This document shows positions 49,614-57,858 of a stretch of DNA of 64,000 bases, in pieces. The position numbers were made by a program, and so were the translations under genes. The stretch spans positions 2,432,001 through 2,496,000 of the forward strand of contig AP038806.1 in the NCBI GenBank assembly GCA_047150005.1, written 5' to 3'. Position 1 is the stretch's first letter. Each line of letters starts with the position of its first letter. The DNA comes from Nitrospira sp. (lineage in GTDB: Bacteria > Nitrospirota > Nitrospiria > Nitrospirales > Nitrospiraceae). Under the pieces are notes generated by a model. It was given only the letters and a program-made list of their open reading frames with translations. It had not been told where the DNA came from and did not search any database.

Positions 49614-50371
49614 TGGTTTCTGTCGTCGTGCCGGCCTACAACGAAGAGCAGGCTCTGCCGCACACGTTAGAGACCCTGTTGCGGCAAGAGGGAGCCTACG
49701 AAGTGATTCTTGTTGACGGCGGGAGTAGCGATCGGACGCGGGCCATTGCAGAGTCCTTTGGATTCATCAGTGCCGCCGACCAGGCCCATCATCCGCCGCA
49801 GTCGTCTCCGCCGTCGGGCGATAGAAGCGGTGACACGTCTCCTTCCTATCGCATACTGACGGCAACCAAAGGTCGTGCGTCGCAGATGAACACCGGGGCC
49901 AGGGCCGCTCGGGGTGAGTGGTTGCTTTTTCTCCATGCGGATACGATCTTGCCACCCGGCGCGATTCGAAGACTCAATGAGATGCAGTCCGAGCTGGCCG
50001 TCCAGGCCGGCGGGTTTATGCATCAGTTTTCCGGCAGCGACTGGCGCCTCAAATGCATTTCGTTTCTCGACAACGTTCGTTGTCGATGCAGTCACGTCAT
50101 TTACGGTGATCAGGCTCTTTTTGTCCGTCGTACACTGTTTGAACGAATAGGCGGTTTCCCCAATCAGCCGATTCTGGAAGATGTGGCTTTCTGCGAACGC
50201 CTCCTCACGGTGACCCTCCCGGTTGTGCTCTCTCCTCCCGTCGTGACCGATGCCCGGAAGTTCGTGAAGATGGGCATCTGGAAAAGTTTTGTCCGTGTGC
50301 TGCTCATCATCCTTCACGTCGAATTCCACCTGCCGATCCTCCCCCGGGCATTCTTCCAGGATATTCGGTAA
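49613..50371 (+). CDS. GT2 glycosyltransferase (TIGR04283-like)
   Basis: 'VVPAYNEE', 'VDGGSSDRT', 'GRASQMN.GA', 'FLHADT', 'YGDQALFV', 'ILEDV'. Confidence 0.88.
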   Translation: MVSVVVPAYNEEQALPHTLETLLRQEGAYEVILVDGGSSDRTRAIAESFGFISAADQAHHPPQSSPPSGDRSGDTSPSYRILTATKGRASQMNTGARAARGEWLLFLHADTILPPGAIRRLNEMQSELAVQAGGFMHQFSGSDWRLKCISFLDNVRCRCSHVIYGDQALFVRRTLFERIGGFPNQPILEDVAFCERLLTVTLPVVLSPPVVTDARKFVKMGIWKSFVRVLLIILHVEFHLPILPRAFFQDIR

Positions 50372-50490
50372 GCGCAACCGATCGGCATCAGTCTTCATCG
50401 AACCCAAGTAAGCGAAGGGTGTATGGCCAGCGGTCAACGGCAGGAAGCTACCTCTTATTTTCAAGCTCATTTTCAAGCACTTCTGAGGAC

Positions 50491-50543
50491 TGTAATAATT
50501 GCCGGCCCCTTACGTCTGTAGAAGTGACGGGGCCGTCACGACT
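50491..50543 (+). promoter_or_regulatory. Two tandem ECF-type promoter variants: TGTAAT-N16-CGTCT and TGTAGA-N16-CGACT
   Basis: 50491-50517 and 50517-50543, both with the same 16-nt spacer as the exact copies. Confidence 0.65.
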
Positions 50544-50561
50544 ACATCAAGGAGGTTTCAC

Positions 50562-50660
50562 ATGAGGCATATCGAAGCTGACGTCGCCCTACTGCGCCTA
50601 GAGGAACAGGGGGCTTGCTGCGCACGCCCTGGTACGTGTGCGTCACGGGTGCTGACGTGA
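50562..50660 (+). CDS. Small 32-aa Cys-containing ORF
   Basis: RBS AAGGAGG; MRHIEADVALLRLEEQGACCARPGTCASRVLT; TGATG overlap with the next start. Confidence 0.55.
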   Translation: MRHIEADVALLRLEEQGACCARPGTCASRVLT

Positions 50661-51655
50661 TGGGTACAAGGAGGATCGGCACGATCCTCGGGGCGATCGC
50701 GGCCACGGCCGCGGTCGCCTTGACCTTGGTCGCCTGTAGTCAGTTCGAGCAGCGAGACAAGCGCTTCTACTATCGCGCGCTGTGGAATTTCGCGCTTCGC
50801 GAGGACCTGAAGGATCTTGATATCGAATTCAACGGAGTCGACTTCGGCCATTCCAACTTGTACGAACACCTCTTGCTGACAGGAGGCAAAGATGTGCCCG
50901 CCATTGAGGACCGCGCGCGCCGGGAGACGCTCGCCTTTATCGCGTCACGGCCGGTCCTCAACCCGAATGAAGAAGCGATTGCGCCGAACTATATGAAATT
51001 GGCATGGAAGGCGCAGAATACCTTCGATGAAGCCCATGCGCTGCATCGGTCCACCTACGACATTTATGTGTCGGACGTCAAAAATAAGGAGAGCGCCATC
51101 CGCAAGGTACTCGAGTTCTATCAGGACAGCGAGTATGCGATTACGGCGAAGCAGCTGGACCATCACCGGTTGGACAGCCTGCCTTATTCGAAATCGTTCC
51201 GGCGCAGGTTCCCGCTGTTCAATGCCACGATCTGGTCCTATCACTATCTGCAAGTGGCCGTGTATGACGCGTTGGCCGCCGCGCCAACCTTGGCGGCCAA
51301 ACAGAAAGCGGTGGCGCCGATTCTCCGCACATATCGCGGATACCTGGAGAAACCTCCCATCGAATGGACCTTCATGCCGCTCACGGCAGAGTTGAGCCCA
51401 CAATTCGCCGCGCAGTACCCCGAGATCGCCCACATCTTCGACAACCTTCATATGCTCCACGACACGATCAGCGACATCTTGACCACCGACATGTTTTCGA
51501 CGTGGGAGGACAAGCGTGCGGAGATCTATCGAGTCGTGAGGGAATACTACTGGGCTAGTGCGGATGCGACGAATCCCATGATCGTGCCGAAAGAGGTTCA
51601 GCCCCATGCTCCTTCCCCACAGCCGGCAGGGCCGGGCGGACATTCCGGGCACTGA
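50660..51655 (+). CDS. His-rich helical hypothetical lipoprotein
   Basis: Lipobox 'LVAC'; 'DFGHS', 'EAHALH', 'YHYLQ', 'DNLHMLHD' suggest metal ligands. Confidence 0.75.
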   Translation: MGTRRIGTILGAIAATAAVALTLVACSQFEQRDKRFYYRALWNFALREDLKDLDIEFNGVDFGHSNLYEHLLLTGGKDVPAIEDRARRETLAFIASRPVLNPNEEAIAPNYMKLAWKAQNTFDEAHALHRSTYDIYVSDVKNKESAIRKVLEFYQDSEYAITAKQLDHHRLDSLPYSKSFRRRFPLFNATIWSYHYLQVAVYDALAAAPTLAAKQKAVAPILRTYRGYLEKPPIEWTFMPLTAELSPQFAAQYPEIAHIFDNLHMLHDTISDILTTDMFSTWEDKRAEIYRVVREYYWASADATNPMIVPKEVQPHAPSPQPAGPGGHSGH

Positions 51656-51662
51656 GGGAGCC

Positions 51663-52436
51663 GTGAACGCATGGATCATCCAAACCGCTGTCGTGCTCCT
51701 GCTCATGCTACCGGCCTTAGCCGCCGCGCTGGATCACGACAATCTCGACCCCAATCGGCCGATTGCCATCGAGGATGCCTATCCGGTACCCCACGGCGAG
51801 ATCGGAGTGGAGGGAGGCGTACTGTTCAATGACCGCAAGCAAGGCAACAGCCGCTGGGTGTTCCAACCTCAGATTCTCATCGGGGCCTTCGCCAATACTC
51901 AAATCGAGCTCAGCAGCAACGTGGCGACAGATCCCACCACGGTCGTCGGCGACGATAAATCCGGAGATCTTTCGCTTGGCGTCCTGTACGAGCTGAATAC
52001 GGAGACCGTCAACGTCCCCGCCTTTGCCGTACGCGCGGGACTGGGATTTCCGACCGGTGTCAATTCACAGGGCGTGGACACCGAACTGACCGGTGTCATG
52101 ACCCGCTCGTTCGGGCGATGGCGAACGCATCTCAACGTGGGGTACACGTTTCTCGGATCTCCGCAGGGGAACGAGCGCTCCGGGTGGTATCGCGTGGTCG
52201 CAGCGGTCAGTTACCCCTTGGGATATCCGACGAGTTTCCGGGACACCATCATTGCCAACGTCTTTACCCGCCAGTCCAACTTGGTCGGTCAGACCAATCC
52301 GACCGGGATTGGAATGGGCCTCCGGCACCAGGTCAGCTCACGGGTCGTCTTCGACATGGGGTTGGGCTCGGAGTTTGCGGGTCCACCGGATCGGTCGGTG
52401 TTCTTCAGCACGATCGGGCTCTCGGTGGGGTTCTGA
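51663..52436 (+). CDS. Outer-membrane beta-barrel protein
   Basis: Signal peptide 'AAA'; alternating beta-strand pattern; C-terminal 'IGLSVGF'. Confidence 0.75.
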   Translation: MNAWIIQTAVVLLLMLPALAAALDHDNLDPNRPIAIEDAYPVPHGEIGVEGGVLFNDRKQGNSRWVFQPQILIGAFANTQIELSSNVATDPTTVVGDDKSGDLSLGVLYELNTETVNVPAFAVRAGLGFPTGVNSQGVDTELTGVMTRSFGRWRTHLNVGYTFLGSPQGNERSGWYRVVAAVSYPLGYPTSFRDTIIANVFTRQSNLVGQTNPTGIGMGLRHQVSSRVVFDMGLGSEFAGPPDRSVFFSTIGLSVGF

Positions 52437-52583
52437 CATCTCTCAAAAGTTTGTACTGTCGACTTGGGGCTTGGACAGCCATGAGCGCCCGCTGGACCAG
52501 CCGGCCTTTGCTCATCGTGGGGTCGCTTCTGACACCATGAGCGCGTATAACGTACGCTTCAAATCCAGAGAGGTGTGAGGTAT

Positions 52584-55364
52584 ATGAAAGTCGGCGAGTC
52601 CGAAGGAGGCGTGGTGGATTCAGGGTCAGCACAAAGTCAGGGTGACACCACTGAATGGCATTCCCTCAAAGGCGGAGAGATCGTCGAACGGCTGGATACG
52701 GATCCGCGTCGCGGGCTGACTCACCGAGAGGCCGATCGACGGCTGGCGCGCGATGGCCCTAACCGCCTTCCGCCGCCCGTCAAGACACCAGGCTGGCTGC
52801 GCTTCCTGCTTCAGTTCCACAATGTATTGATCTACATGATGTTGGCCGCCACGGTCGTCGCCGGCCTGTTGAGCCATTGGATCGATGCCGCCGTCCTCTT
52901 CGCCGCGGTCGTCGTCAATGCGATCATCGGATTCATCCAGGAGGGAAAAGCGGAGCAAGCCCTCGACGCCATTCGGAACCTTCTGTCGCTTCACACGACG
53001 GTCTTTCGCGATGCGGAGCGGACTCAGATCGCGGTGGACGCGCTGGTGCGGGGCGACATCGTGTTCCTCGCATCGGGCGACAAGGTGCCGGCCGATGTGC
53101 GTCTGCTGACGGCCAAGGGCCTGTACGTGAATGAAGCGATTTTGACCGGGGAGTCGGCGACGGTGGAGAAGTCGGTCGCCTCCGTGCCGGCTGAGGCGAT
53201 GCTGGGCGACCGCCGTTGCATGCTCTATTCGGGGACGCTGGTGGTTTCCGGTCAGGCGACCGGCGTGGTCGTGGCCACCGGACTGCGTACTGAATTGGGG
53301 CGCATCAGCGCCATGCTGGAGCATGTCCAGACGGTGACGACTCCTCTGGTACGTCAGATGGAGGGATTCAGCCGCTGGCTGGCCCTGGCCATTGCCATGA
53401 TGGCCGTCGCCACCTTCGTCATCGGCGTGCTATGGCGGGGACATGCCGTCGACGACATGTTCATGATGGTCGTGGCGCTGGCGGCCTCCTCCATTCCCGA
53501 GGGCCTTCCGGCGATCATCACGATTACCCTGGCTCTCGGCGTCCGGCGCATGGCCAGGCGCAACGCCATTATTCGACACCTGCCCGCCGTCGAAACCCTC
53601 GGATCGGTGACCGTCATCTGCTCGGACAAGACCGGGACTCTGACCAGGAATGAGATGACGGTTCAGTCGGTCGTCACAGGGGATCACGTCTTCGACGTCA
53701 CCGGAGTGGGATATGCGCCGGAGGGCGGATTCCATCTCGACGGGGCGTCCGTACAAACCGAAGACTATCCGGAAGTCGTCGATCTCGCGCGCGCCGGATT
53801 GCTCTGCAACGATTCGTTGCTGCGCAAGCACGACGAAGCTTGGCAATTGGAAGGCGATCCCACGGAGGGCGCCTTGCTCACGCTTGGGGTCAAGGCCGGA
53901 CTCGAACACGTTTCCGAGCGTGAGAAATGTCCCCGCGTCGACAGCATTCCCTTCGAATCCGAGCACCGGTTCATGGCGACGCTCCATCACGATCATCAGG
54001 GGCACGGGTTCATCTATGTGAAAGGGGCTCCCGAGCGCGTGATCGACATGTGCGACTCGTACCGTGCCCAAGGGAAGGATCTGCCGATCGACCGAGAGTT
54101 CTGGCAGGGGTGTGCCAACGAATGCGCCGGCCGAGGCATGCGCACGCTGGCGGTAGGCATGAAGACGGTTTCGTCCGCTCGGCGCGACGTGCAGGTGTCG
54201 GACGTCGCGACCGGCTGTACATTGCTCGCGATTCTTGGCCTCATCGATCCGCCGAGAGAAGAGGCGATCGCGGCCGTGGCCGAATGTGCGTCTGCGAACA
54301 TCCGGGTCAAAATGATCACGGGTGACCATGCGGATACCGCCCGGTCCATCGGCTCCCGCCTTGGAATCGGAGACGGAAAGCCGGCGCTGACGGGAGGCGA
54401 GATCGAACGTCTGGACGACGAGCGGCTGCGTGCCGCGGTATCCGACTTCGACGTCTTTGCCCGCGCCAGCCCGGCGCACAAACTGCGGCTTGTCAATGCG
54501 CTGCAGGCAACGGGAGAAATCGTGGCGATGACCGGGGACGGCGTGAATGACGCTCCGGCGCTCAAGCGTGCGGATGTCGGCGTGGCCATGGGGCTGAAGG
54601 GGACCGATGCCGCGAAAGAAGCGGCGGCCATGGTGCTGGCCGACGACAACTTTGCGACGATCAGCAGCGCTGTGCGGGAAGGCCGCGGGATCTACGACAA
54701 CATCCGGAAATTCGTGTTGTTCACGTTGCCGACGAACGGCGGAGAAGCCTTGATCGTCACCTCGGCCATTCTGTTCGATCTGCCGCTGCCGCTGACGGCC
54801 GCTCAGGTGTTGTGGATCAATATGGCCACCTCCAGCACGCTCGGTCTGGCTCTCGCGTTCGAGGATCCGGAATCCGACGTCATGCGTCGGCCGCCGCGCG
54901 ATCCGCAGGAATCGCTGCTGTCCTGGTTTTTTGTTTGGCGGATCTTGATGGTGTCCGCTCTCATGATGACGGGCGCGCTGGGTCTGTTTCTGTGGGAATT
55001 GGGCAGGGGGGCCGACCTGAATACCGCCCGCACCATGGCCGTGAGCGCCGTGGTTGTGACGGAGATGTTCTATCTGCTGAACAGCCGATACATCGTCAAC
55101 TCGGTGTTCTCCCGCGAAGGGTTGTTTGGCAATTCATACGTCTTTATCGTCATTGCCGTCTGTGCCGTCTTGCAGATCGCCTATGTGTATGCCACTCCGC
55201 TGCAGGCGGTATTCCATTCGACTCCTCTGATACCGGAGGAGTGGCTGAAGGTCCTGTTGGTGGGAATGGCGATTTTTACACTCGCCGAGATGGAGAAAGC
55301 GGTGATCCGTTCGTTCAACTGGTTCGGCGGCGCGGCGAGGAGGGGAAGTGAGCGGGCCGGCTGA
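52584..55364 (+). CDS. Type II cation-transporting P-type ATPase
   Basis: 'LTGES', 'IPEGLP', 'DKTGTLT', 'KGAPE', 'TGDGVNDAPAL'. Start uncertain (52575-52614). Confidence 0.95.
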   Translation: MKVGESEGGVVDSGSAQSQGDTTEWHSLKGGEIVERLDTDPRRGLTHREADRRLARDGPNRLPPPVKTPGWLRFLLQFHNVLIYMMLAATVVAGLLSHWIDAAVLFAAVVVNAIIGFIQEGKAEQALDAIRNLLSLHTTVFRDAERTQIAVDALVRGDIVFLASGDKVPADVRLLTAKGLYVNEAILTGESATVEKSVASVPAEAMLGDRRCMLYSGTLVVSGQATGVVVATGLRTELGRISAMLEHVQTVTTPLVRQMEGFSRWLALAIAMMAVATFVIGVLWRGHAVDDMFMMVVALAASSIPEGLPAIITITLALGVRRMARRNAIIRHLPAVETLGSVTVICSDKTGTLTRNEMTVQSVVTGDHVFDVTGVGYAPEGGFHLDGASVQTEDYPEVVDLARAGLLCNDSLLRKHDEAWQLEGDPTEGALLTLGVKAGLEHVSEREKCPRVDSIPFESEHRFMATLHHDHQGHGFIYVKGAPERVIDMCDSYRAQGKDLPIDREFWQGCANECAGRGMRTLAVGMKTVSSARRDVQVSDVATGCTLLAILGLIDPPREEAIAAVAECASANIRVKMITGDHADTARSIGSRLGIGDGKPALTGGEIERLDDERLRAAVSDFDVFARASPAHKLRLVNALQATGEIVAMTGDGVNDAPALKRADVGVAMGLKGTDAAKEAAAMVLADDNFATISSAVREGRGIYDNIRKFVLFTLPTNGGEALIVTSAILFDLPLPLTAAQVLWINMATSSTLGLALAFEDPESDVMRRPPRDPQESLLSWFFVWRILMVSALMMTGALGLFLWELGRGADLNTARTMAVSAVVVTEMFYLLNSRYIVNSVFSREGLFGNSYVFIVIAVCAVLQIAYVYATPLQAVFHSTPLIPEEWLKVLLVGMAIFTLAEMEKAVIRSFNWFGGAARRGSERAG

Positions 55365-55598
55365 CGGAATCGGTAAGGGGGGCGGGGACCGAGCATCGAG
55401 CGAGGTGGTCGATGAGCTCCTCTGAAAGGCGAGCACCACACTGTCGGAGAGCACTCAGCTGCACGTGTATGGAGCGCCTACTGAAAACCGACCCATTGCG
55501 ACAGAGGATCCGGTAGTATACGGTCTCGGAAACGACGCCGTCTGACAGCCCCCGGTCCCGCCCTTCGATGATGTCGGTCTCGTGATTGCGAGAGATAC

Positions 55599-56522
55599 AT
55601 GGTGAAAAGAGTCGCTTCGAGCCACGGAACGATCCTTCTGGCGACCGATTTTTCCGAGCCGGCGAGGCGTGTCGTGCCCTACGCCCTCGTGCTGGCCTCG
55701 TCATTTCATCTTGGTCTCACGCTCCTGCACGTCGTGAAGGCGCCTCCTGGATCAGAGGACTGGTCGCCGGCAAGACGGCGCTCCATCGACTCGTTGAAGA
55801 CGGGCGCTCTGCTCGAACTGGCTCGCGTGGCCCGTCTCGCTCAGGAAAAGAAGGTGGCGGTCGATCACAGGCTCGTGGTGGGTGTGCCGGCAGATGCGAT
55901 CTTGAAGGCCGCAGAGGATGCCGATGCAAAGCTCATTGCGGTGGGTACCAACGGCAGGACCGGGATGAACCGCCTCCGGCTGGGCAGCGTCGCCGAAACG
56001 ATCTTGCTCAAGGCTTCGTGCCCTGTGCTGACGGGCTGCATGGCCGGCAAGACGTCTTCTCCGGTAAAGCCTATTCGGGGCGATGCATCTCGCCTCCTGG
56101 TCGCGGTGGATTTCTCTGCTTCATCCAGAGCCGCGTTTCAATTTGCCGTGACCTTGGCCAAGCGGTTGCACACGAAGCTCGTCATGGTGCATGTCGCCGA
56201 GCCGTCCGATCCCTCCCAGCCCAAGTCGGTCCAGGGCGATGAGTCCTCACGGAGGAGGATAGATCGGCGGTTCGAACGGCTGATCTCGACTTGCCGAGCC
56301 GACCAGTTAGTCGGCGGCAGAATCGTGCTCCGCGGAGATCCGGTTGACGCCATCCTCGACCAAGCGAAACGGATGAGCGCCGGCGGCGTCGTGATGGGGA
56401 CCAATGGCCGTCGCGGTATGAAGCTGCTCTTGCTGGGGAGCGTGGCGAGGTCCGTGGTACGGAAGGCAGCCTGCCCGGTCCTGGTCGTGAAGGCTGGATC
56501 GAGCAGACGGCGAAACGGATAG
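55599..56522 (+). CDS. Tandem universal stress protein
   Basis: Two Usp domains: 'LATDFS...GTNGRTG...LGSVAE..CPVL' and 'VAVDFS...GTNGRRG..LGSVA..CPVLVV'. Confidence 0.92.
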   Translation: MVKRVASSHGTILLATDFSEPARRVVPYALVLASSFHLGLTLLHVVKAPPGSEDWSPARRRSIDSLKTGALLELARVARLAQEKKVAVDHRLVVGVPADAILKAAEDADAKLIAVGTNGRTGMNRLRLGSVAETILLKASCPVLTGCMAGKTSSPVKPIRGDASRLLVAVDFSASSRAAFQFAVTLAKRLHTKLVMVHVAEPSDPSQPKSVQGDESSRRRIDRRFERLISTCRADQLVGGRIVLRGDPVDAILDQAKRMSAGGVVMGTNGRRGMKLLLLGSVARSVVRKAACPVLVVKAGSSRRRNG

Positions 56523-56721
56523 CGTCCTCGCTGCACTATACCCCGCTCGGCCTGGTCCGGAGCGACGTTCGAAAGTTGCGCATGCCTCCGAGACACTCGA
56601 GTACTTTCTACCAGGTGCCTCCCGTTTCCCATTGTACAGCCAGTCCAAATCCCTGATTCCTGGTTGAAATGCCGGAAAGAATTGGCCGGATCATTCGGAG
56701 AGGATAGCATAGGCCACGAGC

Positions 56722-57216
56722 ATGAAGAGGAGAACCTGTTCAGTTGTCCTGATGATAATGACGGCCTTGGCGGCTTGGTGGCCTGTTCCCTCTCAAGCCG
56801 ATGTCGTCGCGCGGGTCGTCAGCGTCGCGGAAGGCGACCGATTGACCATCCGACAGGGAGGGCACACGAAGACGATCTCGATCAGGGACATCGATTGCCC
56901 CGAACTGACGCAGCCCTACGGCAAGCAGGCCAAACAAGTCACCACCGCCTACGTTGCCAACCGCGACGTCGTCATTCGTGGGCTCGCTGCGGACAAGCAA
57001 GGACGCTTATTCGCCGAGGTTCTGCTGCAGGACGGCCGAAGTCTCGGACGCGAGCTGCTCAAAGAAGGGATGGCATGGTGGAAGCGATCGGGCTCCGCCG
57101 ACCAGCGCCTTGAGCTGCTCGAAGAGCTGGCACGGGCCGGTAGAAAAGGTCTGTGGTCCGACCCGAAGCCGGTCCCGCCATGGGAATGGAAGCAGCAGGC
57201 GAAAACCAAACGGTAA
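56722..57216 (+). CDS. Exported thermonuclease (SNase) family protein
   Basis: 'EGDRL', 'IDCPE..QPYG', 'DKQGR', 'LLKEGMAW', 'GLWSDPKPVPPWEW'. Confidence 0.88.
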   Translation: MKRRTCSVVLMIMTALAAWWPVPSQADVVARVVSVAEGDRLTIRQGGHTKTISIRDIDCPELTQPYGKQAKQVTTAYVANRDVVIRGLAADKQGRLFAEVLLQDGRSLGRELLKEGMAWWKRSGSADQRLELLEELARAGRKGLWSDPKPVPPWEWKQQAKTKR

Positions 57217-57237
57217 CCCGCCGGATTTCCCCCTCCG

Positions 57238-57858
57238 TTACGACTCTGTCTGCGCTTCTTCGGCCACAACGACCCATCGCCACGGCCCCCCCGGTATCGG
57301 CGTGTCAAACGGATAGCAGGTCACCAAGACCAGAGCCGAGCGATCCGTAGTGAGCGCAATGCTGTCCGTTCGACTGTCGGCGATCCGGCGTTGTGTCACG
57401 CGATAGGAGCGGCTGTGACCGTCAATCGTTTGAATCGTGATCAGCTCACCCGGTCGGAGTTGTTTCAAGAATGCAAAATGCGTGTCCCGATGACCGGTCA
57501 GAATCGTGGTGCCGGGTGAGCCGGGGAAGGCGCTGGATTCCACATAGCCCGGCCCGAATGCCAGGGTGCGTCCGTAGGCGCCATGCAAGACGATCAGGTC
57601 TCTCTGTTGTGATGGGATCGTAAGCCGGGCGACCGGCCAGGTATCGGCCCAAGGCCATGGCCGCACCGCTTCTATTCCAGCCAGGCTGCGTGACCAGGCT
57701 CGCTGCAGCAGATACTGCGCAAGCCCGGCCTTCGCATTAATCCAGATTCCTTGTCCCACCTGCCACGATCCGGCCACGACCAAACAGCCGATCAGGAGCG
57801 CGCTCCATCCACGAAGCGGATGACGCCGGCTCAGGTGGTCTGTCGCCGCCATCGCCAT
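57238..57858 (-). CDS. Gram-negative-type sortase (class GN)
   Basis: 'AKAGLAQYLL.RAW', 'PWPWADTWPVARL', 'GHRDTHF', 'LVTCYPF', 'WRWVV'. Confidence 0.9.
   Translation of the reverse strand: MAMAATDHLSRRHPLRGWSALLIGCLVVAGSWQVGQGIWINAKAGLAQYLLQRAWSRSLAGIEAVRPWPWADTWPVARLTIPSQQRDLIVLHGAYGRTLAFGPGYVESSAFPGSPGTTILTGHRDTHFAFLKQLRPGELITIQTIDGHSRSYRVTQRRIADSRTDSIALTTDRSALVLVTCYPFDTPIPGGPWRWVVVAEEAQTES

Noticed and set aside
55405..55510. Hammerhead ribozyme or glycine riboswitch
   Set aside because: Only fragments of the cores (CGATGAG..GAAA; GGAGA..GACAGAG); required conserved residues and stems are missing.
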